Below, in pieces: positions 56,292 to 64,000 of a stretch of DNA of 64,000 nt. A model generated the notes under the pieces. That model saw only the letters and a program-made list of their open reading frames with translations, had not been told where the DNA came from and did not search any database. The stretch lies in contig CAZRKW010000001.1 of the NCBI GenBank assembly GCA_964600355.1, positions 1,856 to 65,855 of the forward strand, in the 5' to 3' direction. The stretch is from an uncultured Acidobacteriaceae bacterium (GTDB lineage: Bacteria > Acidobacteriota > Terriglobia > Acidiferrales > UBA7541). Within the stretch, counting starts at the first letter, position 1, and each line of letters opens with the position of its first letter. The position numbers were made by a program, and so were the translations under genes.

Positions 56292-56825
56292 TTGCTTAAA
56301 CCCCGATTCTTCGCCGTCTGCACGCTCGGCCTCCTGCTGGTTCTTTCGGCTGGCGGGGCGCTGGAGGGGGCTCGGTTACTCGCGAATTCCGCGGGTTCGT
56401 GGAATTCCCATGCCATCGAAAGCACGCTCCAGGGAGTGCGCGTTCGCGAGATCGATCCCACCCGGGCAGAAATCGTGTTTCTCTACGATCTCGAGAACAA
56501 AACCGACAACGACTACCTGCTCTCCAAGGGGCCGGCCGTTGTAATTATGAGCCGCCTGAAATCGTCGGGCAGCCTGAGTTCGGAAAAGCAGGTCACGCTG
56601 AATTCCGGCGCTTTTGTGCCGGCAAGAAACCGCACCCGCATAGAAATCGCGATCACCCAGCCGTTCCGCTGGCCTTCGCGGATGGATGCAGCCGGGCAGA
56701 TGCGGATACGGGAGTTGGTGGCGGGTGAGGTCGCAGACCTCGGGGGATTCGCCCTGTTCGACCAAGGGACGCGCTATCAGATCGACTTACCTGGCGCCTG
56801 GCCGGAGATCGAAAAGGCTCCGTAG
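56292..56825 (+). CDS. Hypothetical secreted protein
   Basis: TTG start and a signal-like N-terminus FFAVCTLGLLLVLSAGGA. 177 aa; I recognise no family. Confidence 0.4.
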   Translation: MLKPRFFAVCTLGLLLVLSAGGALEGARLLANSAGSWNSHAIESTLQGVRVREIDPTRAEIVFLYDLENKTDNDYLLSKGPAVVIMSRLKSSGSLSSEKQVTLNSGAFVPARNRTRIEIAITQPFRWPSRMDAAGQMRIRELVAGEVADLGGFALFDQGTRYQIDLPGAWPEIEKAP

Positions 56826-56983
56826 GGTTCCGACAAGGTATCGCGGGCCGGTCCTTGCCCTCGCACTCGGCCCTTGAGGTCTGCGTTTGCGCTCTTGCAT
56901 TATGGCGAATATCGGGCGAACATAGGCTGCCGCGTCGAAGAAAATGCGGACCCCCTCCCGCATCAAAGGAACCGATTTAGGAA

Positions 56984-58555
56984 ATGTCCCAGGTCTCCGC
57001 ACACGTAGACGGAAGCAAACAGGGTTTCGATCGCCGTGTGCACGCGCGCCGGTCCGTGCGCTCCCTCGCCTATGTCGAATTGGGCGAAGGGAACGGAGGA
57101 ATCGTACTCAACGTCAGCGAAGGCGGAATCGCCGTACAGGCCGTCATGAGCCTGCTCGGCGATGAATTGCCGGCCGTGCGGGTCCAGCTTTCGCACTCGA
57201 AGAAAAGCATTGAAGCAAGAGGGCGGATCAGCTGGACGAGCGGCCTTCGCAAGACCGCGGGGCTCGAATTTGTCGGGCTTTCGCCGGAGGCTCGCAGCCT
57301 TCTGCGCGAATGGGTAGCGATGGAAACCCCAGCGGGCGACTTGATCGAGGAGATGACCTCGCCCATCGAGAAAAGCTCCCTCGAAGCCGCGGCGCCGCCT
57401 CCAACGGAAGCAGCGAAATTGGACTTGAAACGCGGATTCGCTTTGTCGCCGGCTGAAAAGCCAAGCAAGCTTACGGAATCGCTGTCGGTGGCGAAGGAAG
57501 AAGTCGCCGAACCTTTTCCCCTGCGCCGGATGTCTCGCACCTTAACTGATATCGACGCCATTCCTGCTCCCCCTGTGTTGTCAGTTCCGGCCACGCCGGC
57601 CGAACCCACGGTGAATGTATCTGTGGCGGCGACAGCGCCGTCCGCATCGCAAGCCGCCGAGGCTGACTCGGTTGGCTTGCTGCATTCTTCCGCCTCCTTG
57701 CCAGACGACCGTTTTGGGTTCAAGCAACTTAGCGCCTTGTCGGGCTCGCCAGCGGCTACCCCTGCGGAGGGTCGCTGGAAAATGGCGAAGCTGGTGGCCA
57801 TTTTTGCGGGAGTGTCTCTGGCCGCGGGCTGGTTTGCCGGACACGGCGCGTTGCATGGGAAGTTCGGTAAAGCCACGAAGGAAACCTCTAATTACGCTGT
57901 TGCGGCCGAAAATCCCGAAGTGGCGCCTCCGGGCAAACCAAACATTTCCAACATCGAAGTCGTCGATTTGAATAACCAGCATTGGCTGATCCCGATGCAA
58001 GGTCCATTGGGACCGCCGCGGTCTTCAACCGGGCAAGGCTCGAGCAGCTCTTCGGAGCAAGTGCAAAAGAGCCAGTTGAAATCGGACGTCCCGCTGCCGA
58101 CACCCGAGCATGCGAAAAACCAAGTAACCGGCGGCGAGGATAAGGCGAGCAGCCCCTTGCTGAATCCCACTTCCGGCGGCCCGGAAAGCGTCTTGTCCGG
58201 GAGCGCCGCATCCAATTCGCAACCGGTAGTTCCACTTCCGACCCCGGCAGCGGCTGCTGATGATCCGGAAGCCAAGAACCTGCGGTCCGGCGAATTAATC
58301 CACCGCGTTGACCCTGTCTATCCCCCCAGCGCGCTGGCACAGGGCATCGACGGCACGGTCACGCTGTATGCCGTGATAGCCTCTGACGGTACAGTGAAAA
58401 ATTTGCAATCGCTGGATGGTCCCCCCGCGTTGGTTCCCGCGGCATTGGCCGCGGTTCGGCAGTGGCGTTACAGCCCAAGCCTTCTCAACGGACGGCCGAT
58501 TCAAACGGAGAGGCAGATCAAGATCCACTTCGAGCTCTCTCCGCCCCCGCAGTAG
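56984..58555 (+). CDS. PilZ domain - transmembrane - TonB C-terminal domain fusion protein
   Basis: The N-terminus carries both c-di-GMP-binding PilZ motifs: RVHAR (RxxxR) and NVSEGG (D/N-x-S-x-x-G), at nt 57035-57127. There is a single TM (LVAIFAGVSLAAGWFAG) near residue 270 and a Pro/Ser-rich linker. The C-terminal 80 aa (LIHRVDPVYPPSALAQGIDGTVTLYAVIASDGTVKNLQSLDGPPALVPAALAAVRQWRYSP.LLNGRPI) have the TonB_C pattern. Confidence 0.75.
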   Translation: MSQVSAHVDGSKQGFDRRVHARRSVRSLAYVELGEGNGGIVLNVSEGGIAVQAVMSLLGDELPAVRVQLSHSKKSIEARGRISWTSGLRKTAGLEFVGLSPEARSLLREWVAMETPAGDLIEEMTSPIEKSSLEAAAPPPTEAAKLDLKRGFALSPAEKPSKLTESLSVAKEEVAEPFPLRRMSRTLTDIDAIPAPPVLSVPATPAEPTVNVSVAATAPSASQAAEADSVGLLHSSASLPDDRFGFKQLSALSGSPAATPAEGRWKMAKLVAIFAGVSLAAGWFAGHGALHGKFGKATKETSNYAVAAENPEVAPPGKPNISNIEVVDLNNQHWLIPMQGPLGPPRSSTGQGSSSSSEQVQKSQLKSDVPLPTPEHAKNQVTGGEDKASSPLLNPTSGGPESVLSGSAASNSQPVVPLPTPAAAADDPEAKNLRSGELIHRVDPVYPPSALAQGIDGTVTLYAVIASDGTVKNLQSLDGPPALVPAALAAVRQWRYSPSLLNGRPIQTERQIKIHFELSPPPQ

Positions 58556-58616
58556 CTTCCATTCCTCGTCGTAACCGTCCGCCTAAACTCCCACCCTGTT
58601 TCTACCGATAGTTTCA

Positions 58617-59540
58617 ATGAGTTCCCTTATGTCTGAATTGGAAAGTTCCGAGATATTTCGCGTGGTTCTGGAGAACCTCCAGACGGGGGTCTACTTCGTG
58701 GACCGTGACCAGAAGATTCTCTTCTGGAACCAGGGCGCGGAGAAGATTACGGGCTATCTGCGGCAGGAAGTGGTCGGATGCTTTTGCCGGGACAATATCC
58801 TGGCGCTCGGCGACAGCAATAAGAGTGTGCTGGCAGACGCAGCCGAGTCGATCACTGGGGTGCTGCGTGACGGCAAGGCGACAATCTCCGAAGTATCGCT
58901 TCGACACAAGGCAGGGCACCGAATTTTCGTCCGGCTCCGAGCTGTTCCAATTCGGAACGCCCATGGCACGATCATCGGCGCCGCCGAGAGTTTCGACGAA
59001 AGCCTGTCCGCATCCGATTGGGACCGCCGCCAGAGACGACTCGCCGATTATGGCTGCCTGGATGAAACGAGCGGAGTCCTGAGCAAGGGTGTGACGTTGG
59101 CGCATCTTCGCGAAAATCTGGCCACCTTCGCGGAGCACCGTGTGCCTTTCAGCATCCTCTGCATTGAAGTGGACCAAATGGACCACATGCGGGCGACCTA
59201 TGGCCTGGCGGTATTGGGCTCTATCCTGCACGTGGTGGGACAGACGATCGAAAACAGCCTGCGGCCTACCGATTTTCTCGGGCGCGTTGCGGAGAATCGT
59301 TTTCTCGCGATCCTCACCGAATGCGGCCCAGCGGACATCGAAAAAACGGCCCGGCGCGTGAAGAAAATGGTAAGCACATCGGAAATCAAATGGTGGGGCG
59401 ATGAGTGGTCGGTAACGGCTTCGTTTGGGGGTGCCACCGTTCAGACGGGCGACACCTGCGAATCCGTGCTGGAGCGCGCGGAAAAATCGCTCGCCGAAAG
59501 CATCGCGTCGGGCGGAAACCACGTCCACGTCGCGGCCTGA
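58617..59540 (+). CDS. PAS domain protein with a degenerate GGDEF domain (A-site AENRF, I-site RPTD retained)
   Basis: PAS region (YFVDRDQKILFWNQGAEKITGY...) followed by a GGDEF-fold region. The GG(D/E)EF position reads AENRF (nt 59289-59303) and an RxxD motif sits 5 residues upstream (RPTD, nt 59262-59273). Upstream metal/GTP residues also differ from consensus (EVDQMD..R.TYG). Confidence 0.8.
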   Translation: MSSLMSELESSEIFRVVLENLQTGVYFVDRDQKILFWNQGAEKITGYLRQEVVGCFCRDNILALGDSNKSVLADAAESITGVLRDGKATISEVSLRHKAGHRIFVRLRAVPIRNAHGTIIGAAESFDESLSASDWDRRQRRLADYGCLDETSGVLSKGVTLAHLRENLATFAEHRVPFSILCIEVDQMDHMRATYGLAVLGSILHVVGQTIENSLRPTDFLGRVAENRFLAILTECGPADIEKTARRVKKMVSTSEIKWWGDEWSVTASFGGATVQTGDTCESVLERAEKSLAESIASGGNHVHVAA

Positions 59541-59570
59541 AAATCTCGCGTCACCGGAGGCGCTTTTCGG

Positions 59571-60452
59571 ATGTTCACGATTATTGGAGTTGTCGTTGTA
59601 TTCGGCGCGGTCCTTGCGGGCTACCTTATGGAAAAAGGCCCGCTGGCGGTGCTCATCCAACCGGCCGAGCTGATTATCATCCTGGGCGCGGCGATCGGAA
59701 CGGTGCTGATTGCGAATCCTCTGCATATCCTCACAAAAATTGGCGGAGGCATTGCGGGTGTTTTCGGCAGCTCTCCGTTCACGAAACAGCGCTATCTCGA
59801 TTCGCTCAAGATGATGTACGAGATCTTTGGCCGCGCGAGGAGAGATGGAATGATGGCGCTCGAGGCCGACAGCGATGCCCCGGACAAGAGCGTGGTCTTC
59901 TCGAAGTACCCCGCGTTCCTCAAGGACCATCACGCGCTGGCGTTTGTCTGCGACTCGATTCGCATGGCTTCCAGCGGAAGCATCGAGCCCTTCGATGCCG
60001 ACCAGATGATCGAGCTCGACATGGATGTGCACCATCACGAAGCGACGCTGCCCGTGGCGGCGTTGTCGACCATGGCCGATTCCCTTCCCGGATTGGGGAT
60101 CGTGGCGGCGGTGCTCGGCGTAGTTATCACCATGGGCGCTCTCGGGGGACCGCCGGAAGAAATCGGCAAGCATGTGGCGGCGGCGCTGGTTGGAACGTTT
60201 CTCGGCATCCTGATGTGCTACGGGCTGGTGGGGCCGATCGCCGCGAATATGGCGAAAACGGCGGACGAAGAGCATGCGTATTACAACGTGCTGCGCGTGC
60301 TGATTATCGCGTTCATGAAGGGATCGGCGCCCGTGCAGGCGGTGGAATTCGGACGGCGCGCGATTCCGGGCCATGTCCGGCCTTCGTTTCAGGAGACCGA
60401 AAAGTTCATTCGCGAGAAGTCGGCCGCGCCGGCCGAGGCGGCTGCGGCTTAG
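59571..60452 (+). CDS. motA: Flagellar-type stator protein MotA (proton channel subunit)
   Basis: 293 aa and collinear with E. coli MotA as I recall it: the N-terminal TM pair, then DSLPGLGIVAAVLGVV, ALVGTFLGILMCYG and APVQAVEFGRRAIP...RPSF.E.E. GGAGG lies 10 nt upstream of the ATG. Confidence 0.9.
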   Translation: MFTIIGVVVVFGAVLAGYLMEKGPLAVLIQPAELIIILGAAIGTVLIANPLHILTKIGGGIAGVFGSSPFTKQRYLDSLKMMYEIFGRARRDGMMALEADSDAPDKSVVFSKYPAFLKDHHALAFVCDSIRMASSGSIEPFDADQMIELDMDVHHHEATLPVAALSTMADSLPGLGIVAAVLGVVITMGALGGPPEEIGKHVAAALVGTFLGILMCYGLVGPIAANMAKTADEEHAYYNVLRVLIIAFMKGSAPVQAVEFGRRAIPGHVRPSFQETEKFIREKSAAPAEAAAA

Positions 60453-60479
60453 AAAGCCCGCTGTCCGCGCACAAATCCT

Positions 60480-61325
60480 ATGGCTGCCAAACCGATCATC
60501 GTCATCAAAAAGAAGGGCGGCCACGGCGGGCATCATGGCGGTGCGTGGAAGGTCGCCTACGCCGATTTCGTGACGGCGATGATGGCGCTTTTCATCGTTC
60601 TCTGGCTCTTGAACAGCAGCAAGAAGATTCAGGACGCCGTGGGCGGCTACTTTCGCGATCCTCATGGCACGGCGGACAAGGCCGGCAAAGATATCGTCGG
60701 CTCGGCGGGAGGTTCGATCGTCCCGCATGACAATATGGAACAGCTCAAGAAGCAGTTGGAGAAGGCTATCAGCGGCGTCCCCAATTTCGACAAACTGAAA
60801 AGCCACATCGAAATGACGGTCACCCCAGAAGGCTTGCGTATCGAGCTCTTGGAGGCCGATACGGCCCACGGAACATTTTTCGAGAGCGGAAGCCCGAAGC
60901 TCAGTTCCGATGGACAGGACATTGTCGTGGTTCTCGCGCAACAGCTGGGGAAGCTGCCGAACAAGCTCACGGTCGAAGGCCATACGGACGCGAAGCCCTA
61001 CGCAAACTCGAGCGCCTACGGGAACTGGGAGCTCTCCGCGGATCGCGCAAATTCGGCGCGCCGCCTCATCCAGCAAAATGGCGTGCAGCCTGACCAGGTG
61101 ATGCAGGTGCGAGGCTACGCGGATCAGAAATTACGCAAGCCCGATGCACCGCTGGACCCTTCTAACCGGCGAATATCGCTGATCGTCCATTATCTCGATA
61201 CGCCGGACGGCAAGAAGCAGGATTTCAGCGGGCTCACCGGTGCGACCGCCGCTTCGTCCGCTCCAGGTGCGGCAACTGCTGCCCAAGAGCGCGCTCCGCT
61301 TCAAATCGGCCCCTCCCACCACTGA
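60480..61325 (+). CDS. motB: Flagellar-type stator protein MotB (OmpA-like peptidoglycan-binding C-terminus)
   Basis: AWKVAYADFVTAMMALFIVLWLL contains the channel Asp in the conserved YADF.TAMMAFF context. The C-terminus has GHTD..P........NWELSADRA...RR and NRRISL. Confidence 0.9.
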   Translation: MAAKPIIVIKKKGGHGGHHGGAWKVAYADFVTAMMALFIVLWLLNSSKKIQDAVGGYFRDPHGTADKAGKDIVGSAGGSIVPHDNMEQLKKQLEKAISGVPNFDKLKSHIEMTVTPEGLRIELLEADTAHGTFFESGSPKLSSDGQDIVVVLAQQLGKLPNKLTVEGHTDAKPYANSSAYGNWELSADRANSARRLIQQNGVQPDQVMQVRGYADQKLRKPDAPLDPSNRRISLIVHYLDTPDGKKQDFSGLTGATAASSAPGAATAAQERAPLQIGPSHH

Positions 61326-61460
61326 GCCACCGCCTTAGCAACGCTAATACGTGCGAAAGCCTCGTTCATTCAGCCTTAATAGATGGACGTTAGCTTCGTG
61401 TAGCGGGGATTTGATCGACGGGTACCGCGAGCCGAATTGATAGTCTGCTAGGATGAGCGT

Positions 61461-62666
61461 GTGAGCCCCGATGTGCCAGGCCGCGATGGCGCCCGAATAC
61501 TCACGATGAATCGCGGCTCGTCGAGCTTGAAAGCTGCGATCTACCGGGCGGCCGCGGACGAGAAATTGGAGCTGTCCATTCAAGTGGACCGCGCGGACTC
61601 CTCCGGCGGCCACGTGACCATCACCGATGCCGGCGGAAAATCATTGCTGGATACGGCAGCTGGGCATGAAGATTCTGACGCGGCCTTAAACATCGTGTTC
61701 GACTGGCTGGCAAAACAAGGCTACCTCGGGAACGTGGCTGCGGCAGGGCACAGAATCGTGCATGGCGGCACACGATTCACGGAGCCACAGCGCGTGACGC
61801 CCGATTTTCTGACAGAGCTTAAGACGCTGGCGCCGCTCGATCCCGATCACCTGCCCGAAGCGATCGCGGGAATCCGGTTTATCGCGCGAAGACTTCCGCA
61901 GCTTCCTCAAATCGCGTGCTTCGATACTGCCTTCCACATCGGGCTTCCCACCGTGGCCCGCATGTACGCAATTCCGCGCCCCCTTTACGACGAAGGCATC
62001 CGGCGCTATGGCTTTCACGGGCTTTCCTACGAATACGTCCTGCAGCAACTGCGCGCGATGGACGACGGCCTGGCCGAGGGACGGGTGATCATCGCGCATC
62101 TGGGCAATGGCGCCAGCATGGTGGCCCTTCGTGGAGGCAAAAGCGCGGACACCTCGATGGGCTTCACTCCCCTCGAAGGGCTAGTAATGGGCACGCGCTC
62201 GGGGGACGTGGATCCCGGGGCGCTCATTTACCTGCTGCAGCAGAGGAAAATGCCTCCCGGGGAGCTGGGCGAGCATCTAAACAAGCGCTCGGGACTGCTG
62301 GGGGTTTCCGGTTCGAGCGAAGACATGCGCGATCTGCTGGCGAAATCTCCTGGCGATGTTCACGCCGCGGAAGCCGTCGAACTGTTCTGTTACCGCGCCA
62401 AAAAATATATCGGGGCCTACGCGGCAGCCTTGGGCGGACTCGATCTGCTCGTCTTCACCGGCGGCATCGGCGAACACGCAGCTCCGGTGCGCGACAAGAT
62501 CTGCGCAGGCCTGGAATTTCTCGGCATTCAACTTGACGCTCCACGCAACCACTCCAATGCACCGCTCATTTCATGCGCGGACGCCGCAGTAAAAGTGCGC
62601 GTCATCGCAACCAATGAGGACCTGATGATCGTCCGGCACGTTCGCGCCGCGCTTGGCTGGGCCTGA
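61461..62666 (+). CDS. ackA: Acetate kinase
   Basis: [16 protein letters not shown] (N.GSSS.K), [31 protein letters not shown], and EDMR with GGIGE near the C-terminus. GTG start. Confidence 0.9.
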   Translation: MSPDVPGRDGARILTMNRGSSSLKAAIYRAAADEKLELSIQVDRADSSGGHVTITDAGGKSLLDTAAGHEDSDAALNIVFDWLAKQGYLGNVAAAGHRIVHGGTRFTEPQRVTPDFLTELKTLAPLDPDHLPEAIAGIRFIARRLPQLPQIACFDTAFHIGLPTVARMYAIPRPLYDEGIRRYGFHGLSYEYVLQQLRAMDDGLAEGRVIIAHLGNGASMVALRGGKSADTSMGFTPLEGLVMGTRSGDVDPGALIYLLQQRKMPPGELGEHLNKRSGLLGVSGSSEDMRDLLAKSPGDVHAAEAVELFCYRAKKYIGAYAAALGGLDLLVFTGGIGEHAAPVRDKICAGLEFLGIQLDAPRNHSNAPLISCADAAVKVRVIATNEDLMIVRHVRAALGWA

Positions 62667-62685
62667 CCGAATTCCCGAGGTAGCC

Positions 62686-64000
62686 ATGTTCCTATTCGAT
62701 CCGAAGTTATCTTCAGCTGTAGAAGCACCGAAAACGCCTCCAAAGCAGGGGGAGCCACCCTACGCGGGACCGCTCTCGCCGGAACTGCTCGATAAAATGC
62801 ACCGCTACTGGCAGGCGGCGAATTTTCTGACGGTGGGGCAAATCTATCTGCAGGAAAATCCCCTGCTGCGCGAGCCGCTTCTCAAAGAGCACATCAAGCC
62901 ACGCCTGCTCGGACATTGGGGAACTTCCACTGGCTTGAGCTTCATCTACGTGCATCTCAACCGGCTAATCAACGAGAAGCAGGCCAGCGTCCTTTACATC
63001 GCCGGCCCCGGACACGGAGGGCCCGCCCTCAACGCAAATTCTTACCTGGAGGGAACCTACTCGGCCGTCCACCAGGAAATCACCCAGGATACTGCCGGCA
63101 TCCGGCACTTTTTCCGCGAATTTTCCACTCCCGGAGGAGTGCCCAGCCACTGCGGACCGCATCTTCCGAATTCGATCCACGAGGGCGGTGAATTGGGCTA
63201 CGCGCTGCTGCACGCCTTCGGAGCCGCGTTCGATAATCCGGATCTGCTCGTCGCTTGCGTTGTCGGCGACGGCGAAGCGGAAACCTGCCCGCTCGCGGGA
63301 AGCTGGAAATCGAACCGCTTCCTGAATCCGGCGCGCGACGGCGCCGTGCTCCCGATCCTTCATCTGAACGGCTACAAGATTTCCGGCCCGACGCTCGAAG
63401 CTCGCACCCAGGACGCAGAACTCACCCAGCTCTATTTCGGCCATGGATACAAGCCGTACATTGTCGCGGGAGACGATCCGTCTTCTATGCACCAGAAATT
63501 TGCCGCCGCCCTGGACACTGCCTACGCCGAAATCCGCGCCATCCAGGAAGCCGCGCGCAAGGACGGCGCGATCAAAGTTCCCTTGTGGCCGATGATCATC
63601 CTGCGCTCGCCGAAAGGCTGGACCGGGCCGAAGGAGGTCGACGGACTCCCCATCGAAGGCACTTTCCGCGCGCACCAGGTTCCGCTCGCGACCGTGCGCG
63701 AGCATCCGGCGCAGCTCAAGCTTCTCGAAGAGTGGATGAGAAGCTACCAGCCGGAGAAACTCTTCGACGCGGAAGGGAATTTCGACCCCGCCTTGCAGGC
63801 GATCGCGCCGCAGGGAGCGCTGCGCATGGGAGCGAATCCCGTGGCGAACGGCGGCCGCCTCCTGAACGCCCTGTCGCTGCCCGACTTCGTGAACTACGCA
63901 CTGGAAGTTCCCGAGTCCGGGTGCGTGATCGCCGAAGCGCCGCGCAAGCTGGGCGAATACTTTCGCGACGTGATCAAATGCAATCCGGATAACTTCCGCC
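62686..64000 (+). CDS. xfp: Xylulose-5-phosphate/fructose-6-phosphate phosphoketolase (N-terminal ~438 aa; continues beyond the window)
   Basis: Not in the supplied ORF track because the frame has no stop before the window end. My manual translation from the ATG at 62686 gives [57 protein letters not shown], the phosphoketolase signature [18 protein letters not shown] and [15 protein letters not shown] checked that the frame is open codon by codon from 63061 to 64000. Confidence 0.9.
   Translation, partial: MFLFDPKLSSAVEAPKTPPKQGEPPYAGPLSPELLDKMHRYWQAANFLTVGQIYLQENPLLREPLLKEHIKPRLLGHWGTSTGLSFIYVHLNRLINEKQASVLYIAGPGHGGPALNANSYLEGTYSAVHQEITQDTAGIRHFFREFSTPGGVPSHCGPHLPNSIHEGGELGYALLHAFGAAFDNPDLLVACVVGDGEAETCPLAGSWKSNRFLNPARDGAVLPILHLNGYKISGPTLEARTQDAELTQLYFGHGYKPYIVAGDDPSSMHQKFAAALDTAYAEIRAIQEAARKDGAIKVPLWPMIILRSPKGWTGPKEVDGLPIEGTFRAHQVPLATVREHPAQLKLLEEWMRSYQPEKLFDAEGNFDPALQAIAPQGALRMGANPVANGGRLLNALSLPDFVNYALEVPESGCVIAEAPRKLGEYFRDVIKCNPDNFR

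Noticed and set aside
58614-61076. 820-aa minus-strand ORF, one of the longest in the track
   Set aside because: It runs antisense across three plus-strand genes with unmistakable family motifs (PAS-GGDEF, MotA, MotB). Its translation is Arg/His/Ala-rich with no recognisable domain, which is the typical shadow ORF of GC-rich DNA.
59571-61325. MotA/MotB pair as a Zorya-type anti-phage defence module (ZorA/ZorB)
   Set aside because: MotA is 293 aa and collinear with flagellar MotA. It lacks the long C-terminal tail typical of ZorA, and no ZorC/D/E-like nuclease or helicase genes are adjacent.
62965-63992. ORFs 62965..63705 (-) and 63255..63992 (+)
   Set aside because: Both overlap the phosphoketolase reading frame, which carries the family signatures EGGELGY and GDGEAET. 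Their translations are Arg/Pro/Gly-rich.

Overview
GC-rich, densely coding chromosomal segment. Its gene content (a large TonB-dependent receptor, a MacB-type permease, two tripartite RND efflux operons, a GldG/DUF4340 ABC module and PilZ/TonB-type fusions) suggests an Acidobacteriota-like Gram-negative bacterium; this is inference only. I can support 47 protein-coding genes, two of them truncated by the window edges. One is a phosphoketolase at 62686..64000 that is missing from the supplied ORF track because it has no stop codon in the window. I recognised no rRNA, tRNA, CRISPR array, transposase or integrase. Many long track ORFs are antisense shadow frames typical of GC-rich DNA and are rejected. 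Gene blocks in order: TonB-dependent receptor, orphan CoxIII-like protein, ExeA-like ATPase, lactate permease, histone-H1-like protein, MacB-like permease; an envelope-glycoconjugate block (asnB, GT-C glycosyltransferase, UDP-sulfoquinovose synthase, GT21 glycosyltransferase, small EamA-like protein); a REC-only regulator and PAS histidine kinase; RND efflux operon 1; housekeeping enzymes (YbhB, aldo/keto reductase, acyl-CoA dehydrogenase); RND efflux operon 2 followed on the same strand by cheA-cheW-cheB and a NarL-type regulator; a Ser/Thr kinase with a SPOR-like tail; a hybrid histidine kinase with a coiled-coil porin and a cupredoxin-like protein; the ABC-2/GldG/DUF4340 operon; a 910-aa Ig-repeat lipoprotein; msrB; a four-gene cluster of PilZ-TonB_C, PAS-degenerate-GGDEF, motA and motB; and ackA-xfp. 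My best candidate for an undescribed system is the PilZ-TonB_C / degenerate GGDEF / MotAB cluster (56984..61325), a possible c-di-GMP-gated stator or energy-transducer module. Next are the non-canonical sulfoquinovose gene neighbourhood (10093..15144) and the kinase-porin-cupredoxin module (42564..47249). All functional calls rest on my own motif and family recognition in the translated ORFs; no database search was run.
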